Below, one piece after another: positions 55,797 to 64,000 of a stretch of DNA of 64,000 bases (position 1 is its first letter; the number at the start of each line of letters is the position of its first letter). Location of the stretch: positions 367,463 through 431,462 of the forward strand of contig CAYGDX010000001.1 in the NCBI GenBank assembly GCA_964348825.1, read 5' to 3'. Below the pieces are notes generated by a model, which had not been told where the DNA came from, did not search any database, and saw nothing but the letters and a program-made list of their open reading frames with translations. Both the position numbers and the translations under genes were made by a program. This DNA is from an uncultured Gammaproteobacteria bacterium (GTDB lineage: Bacteria; Patescibacteriota; Patescibacteriia; Veblenbacterales; UBA10138).

Positions 55797-56477
55797 CTAC
55801 ATTTCAACCAACGGCACCTTATCATCATCCTCCTCCACTTTCTTCTTACTTACTCTGGGTTTTTTTTCTACAGTTGGTTCTAAACTTTCCATTGGTGGCA
55901 ATGACTCTAAAACAGCTGGGGCAGATAATTCGCCTTCGGCATTAAATTTCTTAATTACATTTTCTACAGCCGCCCAAGTAGCCGGCGCGCCCTTAGGAAT
56001 TAAAATTACCACTTCATCTCCTAAACTAGCTTTAAAATAAGTAATGCTAGCCAAAAGTACTTTATAATTAGTACCGCGCGCCAAAACTCTTAACTCTTCG
56101 GTTTGATCATCTTTATTTAAAACACCAACAATTCTATCGCGTTCTACTGGCCCAACTTGTTTGTAAATAAACGAGCCATCGGGGCTGATGGTTAGTTTCA
56201 TCATATCCCCTTCAACTAATTTTGATTTAGATGCATAATTGGCTGGCACACTGTAAAGTTTGCCATCGGGCCCAACCATATTTTGCCCATCAAACACGCC
56301 TTCAATAATCACCGAACCCTGCTCCGTGCGCTGAATAGAAGCACCCTGATGCGGTTGAATATCACCTAAAACAACCTCCGCGGCGCCGAGCGCTTGTAGC
56401 AACTGTGTGGCAGTCGTTAAATTACTCCGTGCCGCCTCAACTAATTGTCGTATTAAGCCCAATTTATCAGCTGACAT
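55797..56477 (-). CDS. Hypothetical protein (226 aa), immediately upstream of the VirD4-like ATPase
   Basis: No recognisable motif. The C-terminus is acidic/Lys-rich. Confidence 0.35.
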   Translation of the reverse strand: MSADKLGLIRQLVEAARSNLTTATQLLQALGAAEVVLGDIQPHQGASIQRTEQGSVIIEGVFDGQNMVGPDGKLYSVPANYASKSKLVEGDMMKLTISPDGSFIYKQVGPVERDRIVGVLNKDDQTEELRVLARGTNYKVLLASITYFKASLGDEVVILIPKGAPATWAAVENVIKKFNAEGELSAPAVLESLPPMESLEPTVEKKPRVSKKKVEEDDDKVPLVEM

Positions 56478-56590
56478 ATGTGTTTTTCCTTTTTGCCACA
56501 GGATTTTTAATTTTGTCCAGTGACTTAGTTTTAGTGTTTATGTGGTTATTATACAATAAAGCGAAATTTAGTCAAATTTATTTTACTTAA

Positions 56591-59197
56591 TTATAATGTC
56601 GCCTCCGAAGCCGGAGCTGAACCTTGTGAGCCCGCTTCGCCAAGTTTAGTACGATCCATAATATCAGCATCTACTTCGGCGCGCGAGCGCGCGTATTTAA
56701 GGCGCGAGAGGGCCTTAATTTTTTCAGCCAAAGTCGCATCACCCTTACCCGGTGGCAAAGTGCGCATATTAAATGGTCGCGACGGTGCATTATCAATTAA
56801 TAATTTAATATAGGCATTGTATTGCTCTACGTTCACTAAATCATAAGCCGAGAAAACCGGCGCGAATTCTTTGGCAATTAATTCAGCATCTTCCACGCCA
56901 ATTTTAAAGGAAATAATAGTACCAGTAGTACCAAGCACCGCATCGCGAACTTTCGTATTACCCTTGTCTTGCATCAATTGGCCTAAATATTGATGCGCAA
57001 TAATTAAATCCAAACGATATTTTCGGGCCTCGGATAAAATTGTGGAAATAGAATCGGTAATAAAGTTTTGGAATTCATCAATATACAAATAAAAATCATT
57101 ACGTTCGCTTTCGGCCATATTCGCCCGCGCCATCGCCGCCATTTGAAGTTTTGAAACTACAATTAACCCTAAGAGCGACGAGTTCACTTCTCCGGTTTTA
57201 CCTTTGGATAAATTCACCAACAATATCTTACCTTTATCCATTACCTCGCGAAAATCAAAACCACTTTTAGCTTGGCCAATAATATTTCGCATCATTTCAT
57301 TTTCCACAAAACGACCAACTTTGGAAATCAAATACCCCAGCATTTCTGATTTATGGAAATCCGAAGTTTTGGCCATTTCTTTTTCCCAAAAGGCGCGCAC
57401 TACTACATCTTTTAATTTACTAACTTTGTATTTTTGAAAAGCTGGATCAGTAAACATGCGCGGAATATCGGCAATCGTACCTGGCGAACTTTCATCAGCC
57501 ATTAAAGTCAGCATCACGTTGCGCATATTATGTTCAAACATTGGACCAATCATTTCCGGTGGAAAAAGTTTGTAAAAAATCGCAATCATTTCTTGCACCA
57601 CAAAATCTTTTTGATTTTCGTCGTGGAATTCAAGCATATTTAAGCCCATTGGTCGCTCAATATCGGAAGGATCAAATACAATTACATCATCGGCCCTTTC
57701 CACCGGCACTTGCCTGAGCACGCCTTCCACTAAATCGCCATGCGGATCCACCACACAAACACCCTTGCCGGCTTTAATATCTTGCACAATCATATTTTCA
57801 AGTAGCACCGATTTACCAGTACCTGATTTACCAATAATATACATATGGCGCCGGCGATCATCATCTTTTATTTTTACCTCTACTTCTTCACCGCGGTAAT
57901 AATTTATACCCAAAGTTAGGCCGATTTTTGGAATATTAACTGGCGCTGAAGCACGCCGAGCCGCGAGCCAGCGAATATTAGGCGTTTCGGAAGAAGGTAG
58001 TGGGAAATGAAAAAGCGAAGCGAGCTCTTCAGTATTTAAAATAAAGCGTTTACTATATTGAAATGTACGATGAATAAAATTATAAAAAAACCGATTAGAA
58101 TTCCACGGATGTTTAAAAACAAAAGCATTGCCATACTCATAAATATTAAACTGAGCAAAAGCATTTAAAATATTTCTTAAATACATTTCCGCTGTAGTTT
58201 GATTTTCCCCCATTGCTACTACACGCGCTACAATTTCAAAACCGGCTTTAGAGGCCTTTTGTTCTATACCTTTAACCATTTCTTGCTCTAAGGGTGATAA
58301 TTTATAATCAGTCGGCGGCTTCATTTTTTGATCAGGTTGACTGGCGCTAGTGGGCACCATACCACCTAAAGCACTTAATCCCTTAGAAAATAAACTTCGG
58401 CCGGAAGCATCAGAGGAATTTTTACCTTGCTGCATTCTGGAGGCAAGTTTTACACCTTGACTACGCCAACTAGTCGGCGCCGAACGCACTACTAATTGAA
58501 CTGCCGCCCCATATTCAGTGGGAATTTTTGACATTACATTAGTAATACTATTTAATGGATCGGTTTCAAATTGCTTATAGGTTTTTATTGGGTAAGCAAA
58601 ACCACGCGCTAATTTCATATACGAACCAACTGCCACACCTTGGGGCGAAAAAATATTGTAATCTGGCTCTTCTTCAATTTGGGCGTGCGGATATTGCGCA
58701 TTGATTTGTTGCTCTACAAAAGCCTGGTTTTTGCGAGGAATAGCCACGTAAAAAGATATCATGCCGTTATCCGCCACAATTTCTAAAGCATAATGATCCG
58801 AGCGACCTAAAATAAAATTTTGACATTTTTTAATTATTTTACGGAAAAAAGAATGTGGCTTTAAGCCAACTAAACCAGATAGTAAGATTTCGGCCACGGA
58901 AATTTGCTCTTGAATTTGTTGTGAAGCTGGTTTATCTTGCTTAGCCGCGGCATCGGGCTGACCAACTTCGCGTGGCAAACGCACGAGTAGTATCGCCATA
59001 CCTAAAGAGGCGTGTACTTGATTAATTTTGTGACGTACCGCTCGCCAAAAAATAAATAAAACAACTACAATAAATAAAGTGGTAATTGAAAACCAAAAAC
59101 CAGGTCCAAAATCAAAACTTGGGACTTGCGTATTATACTGCAATCCAATATTAAGATTTTCAAAATCGTAGGGATTATTTTCTGGCATAATTACCAA
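56591..59197 (-). CDS. VirD4/TraD/TraG-family coupling-protein-like ATPase, with N-terminal TM segments and a TrwB-type DNA-binding ATPase domain
   Basis: Two N-terminal TM helices, Walker A IIGKSGTGKSVLL, Walker B YLYIDEFQNF and the helical all-alpha insertion typical of type IV coupling proteins. Confidence 0.7.
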   Translation of the reverse strand: MVIMPENNPYDFENLNIGLQYNTQVPSFDFGPGFWFSITTLFIVVVLFIFWRAVRHKINQVHASLGMAILLVRLPREVGQPDAAAKQDKPASQQIQEQISVAEILLSGLVGLKPHSFFRKIIKKCQNFILGRSDHYALEIVADNGMISFYVAIPRKNQAFVEQQINAQYPHAQIEEEPDYNIFSPQGVAVGSYMKLARGFAYPIKTYKQFETDPLNSITNVMSKIPTEYGAAVQLVVRSAPTSWRSQGVKLASRMQQGKNSSDASGRSLFSKGLSALGGMVPTSASQPDQKMKPPTDYKLSPLEQEMVKGIEQKASKAGFEIVARVVAMGENQTTAEMYLRNILNAFAQFNIYEYGNAFVFKHPWNSNRFFYNFIHRTFQYSKRFILNTEELASLFHFPLPSSETPNIRWLAARRASAPVNIPKIGLTLGINYYRGEEVEVKIKDDDRRRHMYIIGKSGTGKSVLLENMIVQDIKAGKGVCVVDPHGDLVEGVLRQVPVERADDVIVFDPSDIERPMGLNMLEFHDENQKDFVVQEMIAIFYKLFPPEMIGPMFEHNMRNVMLTLMADESSPGTIADIPRMFTDPAFQKYKVSKLKDVVVRAFWEKEMAKTSDFHKSEMLGYLISKVGRFVENEMMRNIIGQAKSGFDFREVMDKGKILLVNLSKGKTGEVNSSLLGLIVVSKLQMAAMARANMAESERNDFYLYIDEFQNFITDSISTILSEARKYRLDLIIAHQYLGQLMQDKGNTKVRDAVLGTTGTIISFKIGVEDAELIAKEFAPVFSAYDLVNVEQYNAYIKLLIDNAPSRPFNMRTLPPGKGDATLAEKIKALSRLKYARSRAEVDADIMDRTKLGEAGSQGSAPASEATL

Positions 59198-59228
59198 CTA
59201 CTATTAATTTGAAGAACTAAACCTAAAA

Positions 59229-59720
59229 TTATTTCTTCAACTTCAAAATTTTGTCCAATTTAATCTTCGCCTCTTGTTCCACAAAAAATTTATTTACCCC
59301 AGGCAAAGTAAACAACCAATCACGAATTAATTTCAAAACCTCCACCAAACGAAATTTGGTTTGCGACACAAGCCCCACAATTTTACGAGCAGTTTGTTCA
59401 CCCAAAACTTTAAATTGCAATTTTTTATCTGGGGTTAAATTTTTATAAGCCGATTCCAACCCTTCGGCTAAAATACCTTCTACTTGTTTTTGAATAGCTG
59501 GTACTGATGGAGCTTGGCTAGAAGGTGATATCGGTGGTTGTATTACTATTTGACTAGGATTAACCTTGTCTTCAGTTCTAAATTTAGCTGATTTATCAAA
59601 ATCTTTTTCGGGCGACAATTCTAAAATCTCCGGCTGCTCCACATGAGGCGCAACTGGTTCTAACTCTGGCGAACGATTGGCATTTATATCCATAACCTTT
59701 TGATGAATATATTTTACCAC
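59229..59720 (-). CDS. Hypothetical Pro/Ser-rich protein
   Basis: 163 aa ORF. It is probably co-transcribed with the VirD4-like gene. Confidence 0.3.
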   Translation of the reverse strand: MVKYIHQKVMDINANRSPELEPVAPHVEQPEILELSPEKDFDKSAKFRTEDKVNPSQIVIQPPISPSSQAPSVPAIQKQVEGILAEGLESAYKNLTPDKKLQFKVLGEQTARKIVGLVSQTKFRLVEVLKLIRDWLFTLPGVNKFFVEQEAKIKLDKILKLKK

Positions 59721-59908
59721 TTACTTACCCACAATTCAAACTACTACTCTAATATTTTAAAAAGTGTTATTATAAAATCATCTATGACCCAGTAATACAA
59801 CTTCGCTTAAGCTTTCACCAAACTAGTACTTACTGTGTTATTTTCTTTACATTATTGGATAATTCTTAACTACTAAACTTTCCTACGCTTTATTCTGGCG
59901 TAGCGAAG

Positions 59909-61609
59909 TTGATATACTTGGGTATGAGTTACGCTTTTGGAGAGGTCAGCGTGCTTATCATTCTCGCATCTTTAGGCGCCTTGATTCTTTTTTTATTACG
60001 CCAACCATCAATTCTCGCCTACCTTTTGGCGGGCGCTATTGCTGGGCCTTTGGGTTTTGGTTTAATTAAAAGTCAGGAAATACTGGGGGTTTTATCATCT
60101 TTTGGTATTGCCCTGCTTTTATTTTTGGTTGGACTAGAACTTGATTTTACAAAACTAAAAAAATTAGGGCGCACTAGCTTAATAATTGGTAGCGCGCAAG
60201 TTATTTTTACCACTTTAATTGGATTTTTTATTTGCCGCTTACTTGGTGTAGGAGTGGCGCCAAGTTTTTATATTGCACTCGCCCTCACCTTTTCTAGCAC
60301 CATAATTATTGTTAAACTTTTCTCTGATCAAGGCGAACTTAATACTTTAGCCGGTCGAATTGCTCTTAGTATTTTATTATTTCAAGATATTGTTGCTTTG
60401 TCGGCCGTTGTTATTTTAGGTGGTTTAAATCAAGATGCTACAATTTGGTTCGGAGTGTTTACATTACTACGCGCTGTGGCTTTAGTGGGTGTAGTAATTT
60501 TTATCGCTCGTTACGCCTTAAAATATTTATTTTCTATTATTGCACGATCATCTGAACTTTTAATGTTAACCGCTCTCGCTTGGTGTTTTGTAGTGGTAAT
60601 GTCATCGCTCCTGCTTGGATTATCGGCTGAACTAGGCGCCTTGATTGCCGGACTAGCCCTCGCCAGCATGCCTTATAATTTAGAAATCAGCGCACGGCTT
60701 AAAAGCTTACGTGATTTTTTCTTAATTTTATTTTTTGTCGGCCTTGGTAGTCAGCTAGCCATTACTAGTTTGGGCACACTTCAACCATTATTTTGGACAC
60801 TCACCGCCTTTGTTTTAATTGGCAATCCTGTAATCGTAATTTTAATCATGAGTTATTTAGGTTACCGCCGACGCACCAATTTAACTGTTGGTTTATCAAT
60901 GGGTATGGTTTCGGAATTTTCATTGGTATTAATTGCTTTAGGCGTAAAACTTGGTCACATCACAAATAATTACTTAACCTTAATTGCCGCCGTGGCCGCC
61001 TTATCAATCGCCGTTACTAGTTATTTAATGTCGCATAGTAACCAAATTTATATTTGGCTAAAGCCCTGGCTTAAAAAATTAGAGCGCAATAAATTTAATA
61101 GTGATGAGCATTCACCTATTATTTTAAAAACAAAAAATCACACCGTTTTATTTGGTTGTGATCGTTTAGGCGAAAGAATACTACGCACTTTAAAATCATT
61201 AAAACATTCTATTGTGGTAGTTGATTTTAATCCTGACGTGGTAACAAAATTAAAAAAGCAAAGCGTAACTTGTCTTTATGGCGACATGAGTGATTTAGAA
61301 GTAATGGAACAACTTAATTTGGATTCCGCTCGAATGATTATCTCCACCGTGCCCGATGTAAACGATAATTTACTCTTACTTAATTTGGTTAGTAAGTTAA
61401 AAAGTAAGGCGGTAATTTATTTAACAGCCAACACTTGGCATGACTGTCAAGAATTATACCAAGCTGGCGCGCATTATGTAATATTTCCACATTATTTATC
61501 GGGCGAACATTTTAGCTCTATTCTTGCTAAACTAACCAGCCCAACCTATCTTAAAGCTGCCAAACGCGATCACTTAGCCGCTATCACCAAACACTATAGT
61601 GTGAAATAA
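59909..61609 (+). CDS. Monovalent cation:proton antiporter (CPA2/Kef-type) with a C-terminal TrkA-N (RCK) NAD-binding domain
   Basis: About 12 TM helices, then a Rossmann-fold GxGxxG-like region (VLFGCDRLGERI). Confidence 0.8.
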   Translation: MIYLGMSYAFGEVSVLIILASLGALILFLLRQPSILAYLLAGAIAGPLGFGLIKSQEILGVLSSFGIALLLFLVGLELDFTKLKKLGRTSLIIGSAQVIFTTLIGFFICRLLGVGVAPSFYIALALTFSSTIIIVKLFSDQGELNTLAGRIALSILLFQDIVALSAVVILGGLNQDATIWFGVFTLLRAVALVGVVIFIARYALKYLFSIIARSSELLMLTALAWCFVVVMSSLLLGLSAELGALIAGLALASMPYNLEISARLKSLRDFFLILFFVGLGSQLAITSLGTLQPLFWTLTAFVLIGNPVIVILIMSYLGYRRRTNLTVGLSMGMVSEFSLVLIALGVKLGHITNNYLTLIAAVAALSIAVTSYLMSHSNQIYIWLKPWLKKLERNKFNSDEHSPIILKTKNHTVLFGCDRLGERILRTLKSLKHSIVVVDFNPDVVTKLKKQSVTCLYGDMSDLEVMEQLNLDSARMIISTVPDVNDNLLLLNLVSKLKSKAVIYLTANTWHDCQELYQAGAHYVIFPHYLSGEHFSSILAKLTSPTYLKAAKRDHLAAITKHYSVK

Positions 61610-61637
61610 TTTATTTTTATTTTCACTACACAATTTA

Positions 61638-61677
61638 AATGATAATAACCTTTTCGCGCGAAAAGGTTATTATCATT
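61638..61677. repeat. Perfect 40-bp palindrome with core ATAACCTTTTCGCGCGAAAAGGTTAT (copy 1), between convergent kef and arsR
   Basis: AATGATAATAACCTTTTCGCGCGAAAAGGTTATTATCATT. It is likely a bidirectional terminator or protein-binding site. Confidence 0.6.
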
Positions 61678-61687
61678 AATAAGTAAA

Positions 61688-61960
61688 TTAAGAAATAAGT
61701 GGTTTTAATAATTGATTGTGACAAGAGTTTAGTTCGTCTGACAAATTGTAATAAACTACATTAGCTCGCCGGTTTTTTATCAAAAAACCAATGTTGTACA
61801 AATTAGTCAAATGCTTGTGTGTAGATTTAATTGACAACTTGATTCCCAGCGCAATATCAGTTACACAAGTTGCGCCGTGTTTATTTAACAATAAAATTAT
61901 TTCTAAACGTCTACGATTACCCAACGCTTTATAATAACGCTCTAATTCATAATGCTTCAT
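61688..61960 (-). CDS. ArsR/SmtB-family winged-HTH transcriptional regulator
   Basis: GNRRRLEIILLL...ATCVTDIALGIKLSIKSTHKHLTNLYNIGFL...VYYNL is a typical ArsR HTH. There are Cys residues in the alpha3 region (TCVTD). Confidence 0.75.
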   Translation of the reverse strand: MKHYELERYYKALGNRRRLEIILLLNKHGATCVTDIALGIKLSIKSTHKHLTNLYNIGFLIKNRRANVVYYNLSDELNSCHNQLLKPLIS

Positions 61961-61970
61961 AAACTATTTA

Positions 61971-62012
61971 TATCATCCATAACCTTTTCGCGCGAAAAGG
62001 TTATGGATGATA
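61971..62012. promoter_or_regulatory. Perfect 42-bp palindrome sharing the 26-bp core ATAACCTTTTCGCGCGAAAAGGTTAT (copy 2), 11 nt upstream of the arsR start. Candidate operator and terminator
   Basis: TATCATCCATAACCTTTTCGCGCGAAAAGGTTATGGATGATA. Confidence 0.5.
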
Positions 62013-62033
62013 GCAAAGAAATTAATTTAAATT

Positions 62034-63008
62034 TTATAGAGTAGTTATAGGGCGGGATTGGGTGATGTAAAACTTACCTTTTTGAAACGCCCATTCAATA
62101 TCACAAGGAAATTTATAATGTTTTTCAATATTCACACAAATTTTTGCAAGCTCCAAAATTTGCTTGCCAGTTAATTTTTGTTTACTACCTTGGACTTTAG
62201 TAAAATTTTTCCACACATTCCCCCCACCGGGCTTGCCGTAAAGCGCGCGGGATTGCTCTGATACATTTATATCAAGTAAATCAAAATTTTTCTTGCCAAT
62301 CACATAAGCATCAGGTGTGATTTGCCCAGAAACAATCGCTTCACCTAAACCGTACCCTGCTTCAATAATCATTTGATTACGATCTTTAGTTACTGGATGT
62401 ACCGTAAAAGCAATGCCGGAAATTTCGGATTGCACCATTACTTGCACCACCACCGCGACTGAAACTTTAGCGCGGTGTAATTTTTTCTCTCGACGATAAA
62501 AAATCGCCCGTGGTGTAAATAGCGACGACCAACACTCCCTTACTCGCCCAAGTAAATTTTTCTCGGTGGTATTTAAATAACTTTCCAGCTCCCCTGCCCA
62601 ACTGGCGGTTGAAGAATCCTCCGCCGTGGCCGAAGAGCGCACTGCCACAAATTTTGACTTTAATTTTTTAAACTCACTTAAAATTTCAATTTGCAAATCT
62701 TTTGGCATGCGCGCCTTGTGAATTAAATCACGAATCACCGCCGAATATTTATCCACCGAACTAACATCTTTGTGATTTACCTTATCTAACTGGGTTTGTA
62801 TTTCTACTTCCAAACCTGTTTCGTGCAAAAACCTATCAAAGGCACTGGCCAGCACCACAAACCCCGGCGGCACAGGAATTCCCGCCTGCGTCATCTCGCC
62901 GAGAGATGCCCCCTTCCCTCCGGCTAAGTGTACGGATTTTTTAGAAAGTTTTGAAAATGGTAATAGATATGATGACATATTGATATGAATATATCTTAAT
63001 ACTACCAA
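62034..63008 (-). CDS. PEP/pyruvate-binding (PPDK_N-like) domain protein, stand-alone N-terminal domain of a PEP synthase or pyruvate phosphate dikinase-type enzyme
   Basis: LAGGKGASLGEMTQAGIPVPPGFVV is the signature start of the ATP-grasp-like PEP-utilising N-domain. The protein is 324 aa. Confidence 0.6.
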   Translation of the reverse strand: MVVLRYIHINMSSYLLPFSKLSKKSVHLAGGKGASLGEMTQAGIPVPPGFVVLASAFDRFLHETGLEVEIQTQLDKVNHKDVSSVDKYSAVIRDLIHKARMPKDLQIEILSEFKKLKSKFVAVRSSATAEDSSTASWAGELESYLNTTEKNLLGRVRECWSSLFTPRAIFYRREKKLHRAKVSVAVVVQVMVQSEISGIAFTVHPVTKDRNQMIIEAGYGLGEAIVSGQITPDAYVIGKKNFDLLDINVSEQSRALYGKPGGGNVWKNFTKVQGSKQKLTGKQILELAKICVNIEKHYKFPCDIEWAFQKGKFYITQSRPITTL

Positions 63009-63094
63009 ACATACAAACTACTGACAAATAATATAACAAGCGCTATAATTAATATAGATTTTAATGTAATAATTTACCATTAACCTATAACAAT

Positions 63095-64000
63095 ATGGGT
63101 GAAAATTCAATAGCTAGAGAAAAATACATTGGCAATAAAGATCTTGAATCTCGAGATTTTGGGCATAACATTACCATGATAATGACTTTCATGCGGCATG
63201 AACAACCAGGGAAAACCCCCGAAGGATTAAGTGCCGACTTTTTGACTGAAGAAGGAGAATTATCTGCCACAAAAAGAGGCGGGGAAAGAAAGATTGAAAA
63301 TCTTAAAATTTATTCTTCCCCTAAATTTAGGGCTCAAAGAACGGTTAATCTTGTAGCGGAGAATGTTGATGAAACTATAAATGTAATTAATAAAACATTT
63401 ACCGAAACTACTAATGTTAATCCTAAAAATGAAGCTTCAAAGAACAAATTTATTGTAAGAGAAGTTAAGGAGTTAGATGCAATTAAAAACATGGGCCCTT
63501 TATATTTAGAGGGCATGCGGCATGCCGATACTTTAATTGCCCAAGGTGATAAACATTCACAATTGGACTTAGCGGTCCAATATGTGTTAGACAACCCTGA
63601 ACGATCGAAGGAGTTAAATTCATTAACTCCCGAAGAAATAGCTAGCGAAATGGCACACAGAATTACATACGAAACACAAATGTCAAATAAATTTTATAAC
63701 AATTCAAAAGTAGAACTACTACATGGTACTCACGGCCCACGTTTTGAACCATTCCTACAACAAGTAATCGTTAACGATGATGGTACTCACGGCTTTAAAC
63801 ATTTAGATGAAATCGGCGGAGCGGCCAAACCAGGAGAAGGTTTTTCAATAATACAAAAACGCTCAACTAAAGACGAGATCAATAATGACAATTATTCTTT
63901 GGAACTTACTTATAAAAATAAAACCTATCAGGTTGATTTAATAAGATTAAAAGAGTTAGCTGTATTATACAAAAAAGAGGTTAAAAATAAAATTTTTAAT
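63095..64000 (+). CDS. Histidine-phosphatase-superfamily (phosphoglycerate-mutase-like) protein, 3' partial
   Basis: Hand-translated ORF MGENSIAREKYIG...TMIMTFMRHEQ (RHG-like motif) ... LLHGTHG. The frame is open to the window end. It is not in the track because it is unterminated. Confidence 0.4.
   Translation, partial: MGENSIAREKYIGNKDLESRDFGHNITMIMTFMRHEQPGKTPEGLSADFLTEEGELSATKRGGERKIENLKIYSSPKFRAQRTVNLVAENVDETINVINKTFTETTNVNPKNEASKNKFIVREVKELDAIKNMGPLYLEGMRHADTLIAQGDKHSQLDLAVQYVLDNPERSKELNSLTPEEIASEMAHRITYETQMSNKFYNNSKVELLHGTHGPRFEPFLQQVIVNDDGTHGFKHLDEIGGAAKPGEGFSIIQKRSTKDEINNDNYSLELTYKNKTYQVDLIRLKELAVLYKKEVKNKIFN

Overview
This 64 kb window looks like a low-GC (about 35%) bacterial chromosome segment. 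It is gene-dense and mostly transcribed on the minus strand. It has short proteins, frequent start/stop overlaps, and near-leaderless promoters placed directly against ATG codons. Taken together with a minimal 211 aa SufD, a 414 aa ProS that lacks the editing insertion, a lone VirD4/TraD-like ATPase and 'AAATCC'-type intergenic palindromes, the style resembles a reduced-genome lineage (CPR/Patescibacteria-like). That lineage call is inference from sequence style only.

Housekeeping content (mostly minus strand unless marked):
- The 5' end of recJ, partial at the window start.
- A complete sufC-sufB-sufD-sufS-sufU operon preceded by an Fe/Mn superoxide dismutase.
- cysS on the plus strand.
- A tRNA-dihydrouridine synthase on the plus strand.
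- A cell-wall block: ftsQ, ddl, a VanX-like D-Ala-D-Ala dipeptidase, and alr.
- serS, lysS, and a flotillin/NfeD pair.
- greA, then mreB-mreC-mreD-mrdA.
- proS.
- A plus-strand HlyD/MacB-like efflux system followed by cytochrome-b5-like and cupredoxin genes.
- dnaX, a VirD4/TraD-like ATPase, a Kef-type antiporter (plus strand), and an ArsR regulator.

The accessory part runs from about 40.3 to 53.6 kb and ends at a genuine tRNA-Gln(CUG). It forms one long minus-strand gene array:
- Two NUDIX genes, an alpha/beta hydrolase, a DenV-like pyrimidine-dimer glycosylase, a YdeI-like gene and an SRPBCC gene.
- A Cas4-like Fe-S PD-(D/E)XK nuclease.
- A type I restriction-modification system (hsdM-hsdS-hsdR) with two uncharacterised genes inserted between its subunits.
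- A single-polypeptide HTH / GHKL-ATPase / STAS(DUF4325) protein flanked by two degenerate tRNA-Gln-derived structured repeats that share a conserved ~55 nt three-hairpin module.

Other notable points:
- A large secreted protein with a T9SS-type C-terminal sorting domain has atypical base composition.
- There are several genome-specific palindromic repeat families.
- A GC-rich structured non-coding island sits at 40.1-40.5 kb.
- No CRISPR array, integrase or transposase ORF was identified.
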